DNA from: an uncultured Methanosarcinales archaeon
GTDB taxonomy: Archaea > Nanobdellota > Nanobdellia > Woesearchaeales > GW2011-AR15
Assembly (NCBI GenBank): GCA_964552005.1
Contig: CAZKFC010000001.1
Coordinates: 29,983 to 93,982, forward strand
Length of the DNA stretch: 64,000 bases
Direction: 5' to 3'
Of the stretch, positions 56,184 through 64,000 are shown piece after piece (the first letter of the stretch is position 1; the number at the start of each line of letters is the position of its first letter). The notes beneath the pieces are model-generated. The model was not told the DNA's origin. It ran no database searches and was given only the letters and a program-made list of their open reading frames with translations. Position numbers and translations under genes: made by a program.

Positions 56184-57530
56184 CTATCCAACCTCTTTTT
56201 TTATTTCATTGGCAATATTATCAGCTAATTTTTTTATTATACTTTCATTAGGACCTTCTATCATGACTCTTGCTTTCATTTCTGTCCCAGAATATCTGAC
56301 AATGAACCTGCCTTTTTTTCCAAGAATATTTTCAGCATTTTTAATTTCTCTCTGTACATTTGTCATTTTATCTAAAGGTTTTTTTTCTTTAACATTGACA
56401 TTAACTGTAACTTGTGGATATTTTTTTAACAGAGATGCTAACCTTGATAAAGGTTTATTGGTTTGTTTCATTATGTTTAAGATTTGCAGAGCCGCAACCA
56501 TTCCGTCTCCTGTAGAATTATAATCTGAGAAGATTATGTGGCCGGAAAACTCTCCTCCCAAGTTATAATTGTGTTTCAACATTTTTTCAATAACATACCT
56601 GTCACCATTTTTAGTTCTTACTACGTTACCATTATGCTTTTTTATCAACTCATCAAAGGCAAGGTTCGTATACTCTGTAATTACAACAGTGTTTTTGTTA
56701 AGTTTATCTTTTTTTAACATATCAAGTGCCGCAATAGCCAATATATAGTCTCCATCTATTATTTTTCCTGTTTCGTCAACCATTATTATTCGGTCAGCAT
56801 CACCATCTAACGAAATGCCGGCGTCTGCCTTGTGTTTTAGGACAATAGTTTTAACAAGGTCAGGATGTAAAGCCCCACAATCTTTGTTAATATTAACGCC
56901 GTTAGGTTGGTTACCTAAAACAATGATTCTTGCTCCCAGCTCTGATAAAATCAATGGGGCGACTTTATACGCTGCACCATTGGCACAATCCAATACTATT
57001 TTAAGATCTTTTAATGATGCATTCTTAATAGAGCTCTTGACAAATTCTATGTATCTTCCTTGAGCATCATCAATTCTTTTAGCTCTTCCTATATTATCTG
57101 AATTAATATGGTCTGTTTTCATATCTTCATTTAATACAAGGTTCTCAATCTTTGCCTCGATCTTGTCAGGTAATTTATAGCCTTTTTTATCAAAAAACTT
57201 AATTCCGTTGTCCATATAAGGATTATGGCTCGCACTTATCATGATGCCCGCATCAGCATTAAACGACCTAACTAAATGAGCCACACCTGGTGTAGGACAA
57301 GGCCCAACAAGCAAGACATTAGCACCCATAGATGTCAAGCCAGAAGTTAGAGCATTTTCCAGCATATAACAGGAAGCTCTAGTGTCTTTTCCTATTAAAA
57401 ATAGAGGTTTCTTTTTGCCATTTGTTAATACAATAGCGGTAGCTTTTCCTAATTTCAGAGCTATTTCTGCTGTTATTGGGTATTTATTAGCTTTTCCTCT
57501 TACACCGTCTGTACCAAATAACTTTTTCAT
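56184..57530 (-). CDS. glmM: Phosphoglucosamine mutase / phosphohexomutase
   Basis: Active-site SASHNP motif, GDGDADR metal-binding loop and a four-domain architecture. Confidence 0.85.
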   Translation of the reverse strand: MKKLFGTDGVRGKANKYPITAEIALKLGKATAIVLTNGKKKPLFLIGKDTRASCYMLENALTSGLTSMGANVLLVGPCPTPGVAHLVRSFNADAGIMISASHNPYMDNGIKFFDKKGYKLPDKIEAKIENLVLNEDMKTDHINSDNIGRAKRIDDAQGRYIEFVKSSIKNASLKDLKIVLDCANGAAYKVAPLILSELGARIIVLGNQPNGVNINKDCGALHPDLVKTIVLKHKADAGISLDGDADRIIMVDETGKIIDGDYILAIAALDMLKKDKLNKNTVVITEYTNLAFDELIKKHNGNVVRTKNGDRYVIEKMLKHNYNLGGEFSGHIIFSDYNSTGDGMVAALQILNIMKQTNKPLSRLASLLKKYPQVTVNVNVKEKKPLDKMTNVQREIKNAENILGKKGRFIVRYSGTEMKARVMIEGPNESIIKKLADNIANEIKKEVG

Positions 57531-57721
57531 GCCTATTTGGTTTAAAAGAAGATTTAAAAAGTTAATTCAAAAAAAGTTTATAACAGATTGATATAGTAAA
57601 TCTCAACAATTTTATTTTCTCGACGACAAAAACAAAATAGAAAGTCATGATATATTATAAAAAATTATATAAATATTATAAATTTTCTTATAATTAAAAT
57701 TTATTATTTTCAATACTTAAA

Positions 57722-58648
57722 ATGAGATCGTATATTGTGAAAGAAAAAGACAACAAATTAGTTTACAGCGATACATTGATAGTTGATAATCCTGCTTCTT
57801 TGAGAATAGTTGATCATCCTATCAGGATGCAAATTTTGCAGCTATTGGCAAAAGAACCAATGTATCCAGCTGAACTAGCAAAAAAAATGAAGTTACATGA
57901 GCAGAAAGTCTATTACCATATTAAACAGATGACTAATTCTGGCTTATTGGAAATTGTTGAGAAAAAAGAAGTCCGTGGTACTATGGCCAAAAAAATGGCT
58001 CCAAAAGTATTGAATTTTTCATTTACATTATCTAAAGAATGGAAAACAATAAACAATTTAATAAAGAAAAAAGGAGATATAATATCTGAGTTTCTCAATC
58101 CCTTTGTTGAAAATTACAACTTTAACTCAAATATTGTTGTTGGCAGCCCAGATCCGCACGGACCGTATAAAGCAAGAGCACGAGATGGTCATTACGCAAT
58201 TGATTTAGCATTATTTCTTGGGAACTATTCTCAATTAAGAAAAGACTTTTCCACAAAACTTGATGTGGATATTAACCTAAAAGAAAGCAAGAACTTAATC
58301 TTAGTTGGCGGGCCAGTTACAAATTTACTTGTTTCTAAAATAAACGATTTTCTACCTGCAAAATTTTCCGATAAAAAACCATGGGGGATAATATCTAAAC
58401 TAAAAACATATACAGAAGAAAGTGTTGGTTTGATTGCGAAAATACCTAATCCGTATAACCCAGAATATAAAATTCTTTTATTGGCTGGAATAAGATTTAT
58501 AGGAACAAAATCAGCTGTTATTGCGTTTACAAGATTTTCAAAACAAGTTATACATAGATATACTGGACAAAAAGAGTTTTATTCAATTGTGCAGGGGTTT
58601 GATTTAGAGGGAGATGGTAAAATAGATAATATTGAGGTGTTAGAATAA
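57722..58648 (+). CDS. ArsR-type wHTH fused to an uncharacterised domain of roughly 200 aa
   Basis: N-terminal HPIRMQILQLLAKEPMYPAELAKKMKLHEQKVYYHIKQMTNSGLL is an ArsR-like HTH. The C-terminal domain has a GSPDPHG…NLILVGGPVTN Rossmann-like beta-alpha pattern and matches no family I recognise. Confidence 0.5.
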   Translation: MRSYIVKEKDNKLVYSDTLIVDNPASLRIVDHPIRMQILQLLAKEPMYPAELAKKMKLHEQKVYYHIKQMTNSGLLEIVEKKEVRGTMAKKMAPKVLNFSFTLSKEWKTINNLIKKKGDIISEFLNPFVENYNFNSNIVVGSPDPHGPYKARARDGHYAIDLALFLGNYSQLRKDFSTKLDVDINLKESKNLILVGGPVTNLLVSKINDFLPAKFSDKKPWGIISKLKTYTEESVGLIAKIPNPYNPEYKILLLAGIRFIGTKSAVIAFTRFSKQVIHRYTGQKEFYSIVQGFDLEGDGKIDNIEVLE

Positions 58649-58649
58649 T

Positions 58650-59084
58650 TTAATCAGTATTAATAACTTCAACATCGTGACCAGATTCTAAAGCCTCTAC
58701 TCTGCACGTGTCAAAAATTTCTGCATCTAAATTCTCTCTTATCTTCTCTTTTGAATAACCTCTTTTTTGTAATCTTTTTTCTAGTTCTTTTAAATTACAT
58801 TTTGTTATAATGCATTTGTCAACATATTTTTTTGGAAGATAATGTGATAAATGAGAATCAATTACAACATTTTTCTCTTTTTTTATTATTTTTATTAGGG
58901 CTTTGTTTAATTTGTTTATGTCAACAATTTTTGTATCTTTGTCTTTGTCATATCTTTCAAAGAGTTTATTTTGTTTTATTATCTTATTTAGGTCAATATA
59001 TTTCAAATTTTCTTTTTCTGCAATTTTTTTGGCAACAGTTGTTTTTCCGGTGCCGGGCGTGCCGCTAACAATGATTATAGTCAT
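58650..59084 (-). CDS. P-loop NTPase, Fap7/adenylate-kinase-6-like
   Basis: Walker A IIVSGTPGTGKTT at the N-terminus. About 144 aa, as for archaeal Fap7-type kinases. Confidence 0.55.
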   Translation of the reverse strand: MTIIIVSGTPGTGKTTVAKKIAEKENLKYIDLNKIIKQNKLFERYDKDKDTKIVDINKLNKALIKIIKKEKNVVIDSHLSHYLPKKYVDKCIITKCNLKELEKRLQKRGYSKEKIRENLDAEIFDTCRVEALESGHDVEVINTD

Positions 59085-59164
59085 TAGCTCAACTTAAAAT
59101 AACTAAATATAAAAAACTATTTAAATATCTTAATAAAGTATATTATAATATCATTTTGTGTGAT

Positions 59165-59171
59165 GGGAGGT
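59165..59171 (+). promoter_or_regulatory. Shine-Dalgarno-like GGGAGGT 6 nt upstream of the PRC-barrel gene start
   Basis: gggaggtaaaaaATG is read directly. It complements the 3' end of 16S rRNA (CCUCC). Confidence 0.4.
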
Positions 59172-59176
59172 AAAAA

Positions 59177-59443
59177 ATGTTAAAGATGAAAAAAATATCA
59201 GAATGTTACGACATGAAAGTTTTTACTGATCAAGGAGATTATTTTGGCGATGTTGAAGAAGCTATTCTTTCAACAAATAAAATTACAGGGTGGCGTGTAA
59301 AGGCAACAAAAAATTCTTTTCTAAACCAAGTTTTGGGAAGTGCTAAAGGCGTTATTGTGCCGCATCCATTAGTTAAAGCCATAGGAGATATTGTAATAAT
59401 AAATAAGTCTGCAGTGCCGTCTTATAACCCAGAAGAGGAATAA
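59177..59443 (+). CDS. PRC-barrel domain protein
   Basis: 88-aa small beta-barrel with a GDYFGDVEE…KITGWRV pattern typical of PRC barrels. Confidence 0.5.
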   Translation: MLKMKKISECYDMKVFTDQGDYFGDVEEAILSTNKITGWRVKATKNSFLNQVLGSAKGVIVPHPLVKAIGDIVIINKSAVPSYNPEEE

Positions 59444-59448
59444 TTTTA

Positions 59449-60279
59449 TTATATTTTCTTATAATAATTCTGCATTAATAGAGCGTCTTCTTCAATATTT
59501 GGGCTTTCACTAACTACTACGCCTTTTATCTTAAACTCTTTCCATACTTTTATCAAATCTTGATAGTTCATGTCAGATTCTTCTAATATTAAATGATTCC
59601 TTTCTCCTTTTTCATTATAATTAATTCCTGATAAATGGATGTGCATGTTCTCCAACCCTTCTTTTCCTAAATAAAACTCAATATCTTCTAAAATCTGGTT
59701 AAATTCTTCTTTGGTGTTATATTTGCCGTTTGTTCTTGCATGGATGTGCGAAAAATCAAAGACAGGCATGACCTTTTCAATGTCCTGGCTTAATTTAAGC
59801 AATTCTTTATAATCTCCAAATTGAGTTGGCTTACCAGTTGTTTCCGGTCTTATCCAAACATCTATGTTTTTATTATCAAGTTTCTCTCTAATCTCTTTTA
59901 TCCGCTTTTTCATTGTTTCAAATACTTTCTTCTTTTCCATTTTCAGATAAAAACCTGGATGAAAACACATAGACCAGCCACCACATTCATGCAAAATTTC
60001 CGCAGATTTTTCTATACGATACATGCTGGCATATTTTTTAGCGGGCTCAATTGCATTTAAATTAATGAAGTAAGGCGCATGACAAGTTAATTTTACATTA
60101 TGTTTTTCTGCTGCTGCTTTTACTTCAGGGGCTCTTTCTTTTGTTATGTTTATAGAACGGACAAATTCAAGTTCCATAGCATCTAAACCAAGTTCTTTAA
60201 CCCTTGAAATACCGTTAATAGTAGAAGGTTTTTCTGTTGATAAAGGAATGCCAGCAGTTGCAAACAACAATTTCCTCAT
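59449..60279 (-). CDS. Xylose-isomerase-like TIM barrel, AP endonuclease family 2 (endonuclease IV-like)
   Basis: …LTCHAPYFINL…, …CFHPG… and …IHLSG… metal-ligand His/Glu pattern spread along a TIM barrel. Confidence 0.6.
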   Translation of the reverse strand: MRKLLFATAGIPLSTEKPSTINGISRVKELGLDAMELEFVRSINITKERAPEVKAAAEKHNVKLTCHAPYFINLNAIEPAKKYASMYRIEKSAEILHECGGWSMCFHPGFYLKMEKKKVFETMKKRIKEIREKLDNKNIDVWIRPETTGKPTQFGDYKELLKLSQDIEKVMPVFDFSHIHARTNGKYNTKEEFNQILEDIEFYLGKEGLENMHIHLSGINYNEKGERNHLILEESDMNYQDLIKVWKEFKIKGVVVSESPNIEEDALLMQNYYKKI

Positions 60280-60378
60280 AAATCAACTAAAAGATTTAAT
60301 GTTTTTATATGTTTACTTTAGATAATCTGAGATTTTTAAACTATAATTGTTCTTTTAAAGTAAGGGGTTTCAGCTAGG

Positions 60379-60387
60379 AAAAAAAAC
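60379..60387 (-). terminator. T-tract (T9 on the minus strand) about 50 nt downstream of the cdc48 stop, preceded by a weak hairpin
   Basis: Archaeal intrinsic terminators are oligo-T tracts. It is seen directly as an A9 run on the plus strand. Confidence 0.3.
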
Positions 60388-60436
60388 AATAGCCGCTGTT
60401 AGAAAAGAGTTTGGCGGTCATAAAATAAAGAAATAA

Positions 60437-62716
60437 TTAACCAAAATAGGTTGGTTTATTGTCCCGCATTTCTTTGCCGCGGGCTGCCCTGAACTGTGTT
60501 TTTAGTTCTTTATATGCTTCTTCGACATCCTTTGTAATGCTTGGCGAAACCTTTTTCATGGCTTCTTCGAAATGTATTTTTTTAATTTTATCAGCCTTAA
60601 TGTCTTTTCTTAATGCCAAGATAGCAGCTTCTCTGCACACGGCTTCTATGTCTGCTCCGACATAGCCCTCTGTTTCTGAAGCAAGTTCTTCAAGGTTTAC
60701 TTCTTTGGAGAGAGGCATTCCTTTTGTATGGATCTTGAATATCTCAAGCCTGGCTTTTTTATTTGGACTTGGCACTAATATTATCCTGTCAAACCTACCA
60801 GGCCTTAATAATGCAGTGTCAAGTATATCTGGCCTATTAGTGGCTCCTAAAATAACTATGTTGTGTAAATCTACAAGACCGTCCATTTCTGTTAATAATT
60901 GGTTGACAACACGTTCACTTGTATGACTGTCTGAACTAACACCTCTTCTAGGTGCCAATGAATCAATCTCATCAAAAAAAATTATGGTGGGACTGGTTTG
61001 GCGCGCTTTCTCAAAAATCTTTCTAACAGCTTTCTCAGATTCACCAACCCATTTGCTCAATAATTCTGGTCCTTTAACTAAAATAAAGTTAGCTTTGCTT
61101 TCATTAGCGACTGCCTTTGCTAATAAAGTTTTACCAGTTCCGGGAGGGCCATATACTAACACGCCCTTTGGTGGTTTAATACCCATTCTTGTGAAAACAC
61201 CAGGGTGTTTCAAAGGCCATTCAACAGCTTCAATTAATTCTTGTTTGACATCATCTAAGCCACCAACATCATCCCATTTTATATTTGGCACCTCAATAAA
61301 AACTTCTCTTAACGCACTTGGTCTAACAACTTTTAACGCGTCTATGAAATCTTTTTTGGAGACTTGCAATTTTTCTAGTACTTCTGTTGGTATGGGCTGG
61401 TCTTCTTCTAATTTTAATTCTGGATAAATCCTTCTTAACAAAGTCATTGCAGCTTCTTTTGCCAAGGAAGATAAATCAGCGCCAACAAAACCATGCGTTA
61501 TCTCTGCAAATTCCTTCAAATTAACATTTTTTGCAAGGGGCATGTTTCTAGTATGAATTTTAAGTATGTTTAGCCGGCCTTCTTTATCTGGCACACCAAT
61601 CTCCATCTCTCTGTCAAACCTGCCTGGTCTCCTTAAAGCAGGGTCAAGCTCATTTGGTATGTTGGTAGCGCCAATGACCACAACTTTTCCACGGCTTTTA
61701 AGACCGTCCATTAATGCCAATAACTGTGCAACAACCCTTCGTTCAACTTCACCCCGGGATTCTTCTCTTTTACTTGCAATTGCGTCTATCTCATCAATAA
61801 ATATAATAGAGGGAGAATTTTTTTCTGCTTCTTCAAACTTTTTTCTCAGATTTTCTTCTGACTGTCCATAGTATTTACTCATTATCTCAGGACCATTAAT
61901 TAAAATAAAATTAGCAGCGGTTTCATTAGCAACTGCCTTTGCTAATAAAGTTTTTCCAGTACCGGGTGGGCCGTGTAACAACACTCCTTTAGGCGGTTCT
62001 ATACCCAGTGCTTCAAATATCTCAGGATGTTTTAACGGCAGTTCCACCATTTCCCTGATTTTTTTAATTGCTTCCTGTAACCCGCCAATGTCTTCATAAG
62101 TGACTTCAAGAACACGCTCTTCAGAAATGTCAATTGCTTCTGGGTTAAACTGTACATTTGTCTGTTCTGTTATTAAGACGCCTTGTTTGGGGTTTGTGTC
62201 GATAACAACGAATTTTAGATCTCCCAATCCAAAACCCATCAAGCCTTCGTCCAACATGCTGAAAAAATCTTCTCCAAACAACGGATTGTCGGACATTGCA
62301 GACCTTCTTCTTCTAGTTCCTCCAAGAGAAACAATATCTCCTTTTAACACAGCCCTGCCAAGTAAACCTTGTTTGAATATTATAGGATTTGCCCTAATAA
62401 CAATACCTTTTCTTTGCGGCGCAATTGTAACTTTCTTTGCTTCAACAATATTAGCTTTTCTCACACTTACTATCTCGCCAATGCCGGCTTTTGCATTTCT
62501 TCTTATTAAACCATCCATTCTTATAATATTAAGGCCAATATCGCCAGGATATGCTCTGTCTGTAATTGCCACGGTTTTTCTTTCTCCTTGAATTTCAACG
62601 ATGTCTCCGGGCCTTATTCCAAGCTCATGCATAAAACTGCTATCTATTCTAACTATACCTTTGTTAACATCATCTTGGATAGCTTCTGCAACCTTAAGTT
62701 TTAATTCATTTACCAT
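60437..62716 (-). CDS. cdc48: Cdc48/VCP-like AAA+ ATPase (N domain plus D1 plus D2)
   Basis: Two complete AAA cassettes ([15 protein letters not shown] twice, DEID Walker B twice and SRM regions) after a double-psi beta-barrel N-domain. 759 aa. Confidence 0.95.
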   Translation of the reverse strand: MVNELKLKVAEAIQDDVNKGIVRIDSSFMHELGIRPGDIVEIQGERKTVAITDRAYPGDIGLNIIRMDGLIRRNAKAGIGEIVSVRKANIVEAKKVTIAPQRKGIVIRANPIIFKQGLLGRAVLKGDIVSLGGTRRRRSAMSDNPLFGEDFFSMLDEGLMGFGLGDLKFVVIDTNPKQGVLITEQTNVQFNPEAIDISEERVLEVTYEDIGGLQEAIKKIREMVELPLKHPEIFEALGIEPPKGVLLHGPPGTGKTLLAKAVANETAANFILINGPEIMSKYYGQSEENLRKKFEEAEKNSPSIIFIDEIDAIASKREESRGEVERRVVAQLLALMDGLKSRGKVVVIGATNIPNELDPALRRPGRFDREMEIGVPDKEGRLNILKIHTRNMPLAKNVNLKEFAEITHGFVGADLSSLAKEAAMTLLRRIYPELKLEEDQPIPTEVLEKLQVSKKDFIDALKVVRPSALREVFIEVPNIKWDDVGGLDDVKQELIEAVEWPLKHPGVFTRMGIKPPKGVLVYGPPGTGKTLLAKAVANESKANFILVKGPELLSKWVGESEKAVRKIFEKARQTSPTIIFFDEIDSLAPRRGVSSDSHTSERVVNQLLTEMDGLVDLHNIVILGATNRPDILDTALLRPGRFDRIILVPSPNKKARLEIFKIHTKGMPLSKEVNLEELASETEGYVGADIEAVCREAAILALRKDIKADKIKKIHFEEAMKKVSPSITKDVEEAYKELKTQFRAARGKEMRDNKPTYFG

Positions 62717-62767
62717 ATTTTCACCTATTTCTGGAAAAAATTAGATTATTTTAATAAAGATATCGGA

Positions 62768-63175
62768 TTATTTGCTCGTAACTTTCGGCATAGGTATGTG
62801 TGCAGGTAAACCCATGTCTCTACCTAAGATTAATGCTTGGATATTACATTTTGCCAACACAGTATTATAAACCTCTTCAAGCACGTCGTTCGGCAACTTT
62901 TTTTCTTTCTTCCACTGCTCAAGACATTCTTTAACTTTTGCGTCTTTGCCAAGATATACAATAGCACCTTCTAAGTCAATAGAAGCAATATCAGGTTGGT
63001 ATCTTGTCTTGAAGTGAAAAGAGAACTCGACACCTTTTTGTTTTGTTGTACCCATGTTAATGTTTGCTTCTTTAACTTCTAGCATTGTAATGTTGTTATT
63101 AACATTAATTTTGCCTGTAGCAGGTTTTTTCTTTTCTACAGACATTTTTTTAAAATGAAATCCTATAACTGTCAT
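62768..63175 (-). CDS. Hypothetical protein (135 aa)
   Basis: ORF with coding-like composition. I recognise no motif. Confidence 0.3.
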   Translation of the reverse strand: MTVIGFHFKKMSVEKKKPATGKINVNNNITMLEVKEANINMGTTKQKGVEFSFHFKTRYQPDIASIDLEGAIVYLGKDAKVKECLEQWKKEKKLPNDVLEEVYNTVLAKCNIQALILGRDMGLPAHIPMPKVTSK

Positions 63176-63386
63176 ATTATATCACCTTTATCTTTCTAAT
63201 AATGTTTATTTTTAAAAAGCTTACCTTTTCTTTGCCCGAAAACGGACTGGACGCCAAACTTTGTTGGACACAGTCCTTGTTTTTTAAGTGAGCCCATAAC
63301 GTTTTCGAGGTGCAAAAAGATAAGCTGTTTATAGTTTTATATAGAAATTTATAAAACTTTTTATTAATATATAGATTTCCAATATC

Positions 63387-64000
63387 ATGGTTAAAAAAAG
63401 CAAAGATAAATTTAAGATTTACAAGAACGTATTTGACGAGTTTACTTTAAAGACGTTATTTAAATTAAGTAGCCAAGACCATTTTGACGAATTAATGAGC
63501 CCTGTCAGAATTGGAAAAGAAAGTAATATATTTTTAGCGGAAACTAAACATAATGAATATGTCATTGTTAAAATTTATAGGCTGCACTCATGTAACTTTA
63601 ACCAGATGTTTTCTTACATTAGGACAGATCCTAGGTTTCTTAATCTGAAGAACCAACGCCGCCTAGTAATATTTAAATGGGTCCAGCGCGAATATAGGAA
63701 CTTGTTGTTGGCCAGGGAAAAAATTAATGTGCCAAAGCCAATCACATTTCTAAATAATATAATTGTGATGGAATCTATCGGCAATAATAAACCCGCACCG
63801 CAATTAAAAGATGATTTGCCTAAAGACATTAAAGGTTTTTCTCAGGCAATATTAGATTCTGTCAAAAAATTAGCTTCCTTAGGATTGATACATGCTGACT
63901 TATCAGAATTCAATATATTGAATTATAAACAAAAACCGTATTTTATAGATTTTTCACAAGGTACCAGCATAAAAGATCCTAATGCTTTAAAGTATTTAAG
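63387..64000 (+). CDS. RIO-type serine/threonine protein kinase (Rio1/Rio2), partial at the window end
   Basis: …RIGKESNIFLAE… (the RIO ATP-binding STGKEANVY-like loop), …VIVKIYR… (the catalytic Lys) and …LIHADLSEFNIL… (the HxDLSEYN catalytic loop). The ORF runs off the window, so it is not in the ORF track. Confidence 0.8.
   Translation, partial: MVKKSKDKFKIYKNVFDEFTLKTLFKLSSQDHFDELMSPVRIGKESNIFLAETKHNEYVIVKIYRLHSCNFNQMFSYIRTDPRFLNLKNQRRLVIFKWVQREYRNLLLAREKINVPKPITFLNNIIVMESIGNNKPAPQLKDDLPKDIKGFSQAILDSVKKLASLGLIHADLSEFNILNYKQKPYFIDFSQGTSIKDPNALKYL

Noticed and set aside
63181-63386. Possible tRNA in the cdc48-RIO intergenic region and elsewhere
   Set aside because: I found no GTTCRAATC-type T-loop or cloverleaf in any intergenic region. 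I could not run tRNAscan-SE by hand, so intron-containing or split tRNAs cannot be fully excluded.
1-64000. CRISPR arrays, IS elements and integrases
   Set aside because: I saw no direct-repeat/spacer periodicity, no transposase or integrase motifs and no terminal inverted repeats. The intergenic regions are short, leaving little room for them.

Overview
This is a visibly AT-rich, very compact, gene-dense archaeal fragment with many 1-8 nt ATGA-type gene overlaps. The gene content points, by inference only, to a small-genome DPANN-type archaeon. I could recognise no tRNA, rRNA, CRISPR array or mobile element; I cannot run tRNA, repeat or covariance-model searches by hand, so absence is not proven.

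Window layout:
- 1-3.5 kb, minus strand: a partial winged-helix protein, an Rpp30-like TIM barrel, an NcsA/TtcA tRNA-thiolation PP-loop ATPase, an FNR-like flavoprotein and a membrane-anchored DsbA-type thioredoxin.
- 3.5-7.5 kb: an EamA transporter, an unknown 249-aa ORF, hypC, a two-gene [NiFe] hydrogenase (NuoB-like small subunit plus large subunit) and the maturation endopeptidase.
- 7.5-12.4 kb, minus strand: a bacterial-style SUF operon (regulator, sufC, sufB, sufD, sufS, sufU).
- 12.4-14 kb: an NrdR repressor, a small wHTH protein, a bacterial-type RsmI methyltransferase, and a GC-enriched intergenic block that looks like a structured ncRNA.
- 14-18.7 kb, minus strand: a MEMO1-like protein, a GT4, a DUF2304-like membrane protein, a Dpm1-like GT2, then three tandem paralogous coiled-coil proteins. 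One of these carries a long Pro/Gln/Thr-rich disordered N-terminus. A large LTD-domain surface protein is transcribed divergently from them.
- 20.9-27.2 kb: a CBS protein and a small Toprim protein divergent from a single-chain PriS-PriL(CTD) fused primase. Then an Nnr-type dehydratase, TBP, MCM, an OB-fold/winged-helix protein and a SpoIIM-like membrane protein.
- 28.3-41.7 kb: the canonical archaeal ribosomal-protein super-operon (L3, L4, L23, L2, S19, L22, S3, L29, SUI1, Rpp29, S17, L14, L24, S4e, L5, S14, S8, L6, L32e, L19e, L18, S5, L30, L15, SecY).
- 41.7-57.5 kb: a glycosylation island. It contains AglB (WWDFG motif), an SDR epimerase, two membrane GT2s with QxxRW motifs, two tandem paralogous GT-C-like proteins, an NFACT-N protein and a GlmS/GlmU-like/IMPase/GlmM cassette.
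- 57.7-64 kb: an ArsR-HTH fusion protein, a Fap7-like NTPase, a PRC-barrel protein, an endonuclease-IV-like TIM barrel, Cdc48 and a partial RIO kinase.

Most worth a second look:
- the minimal hydrogenase locus (4.4-7.5 kb);
- the fused primase with its divergent Toprim partner (21.4-23.2 kb);
- the coiled-coil triplet plus LTD surface protein (17.2-20.9 kb);
- the candidate ncRNA (13.86-14.0 kb);
- an orphan archaeal NrdR (12.4-12.9 kb).
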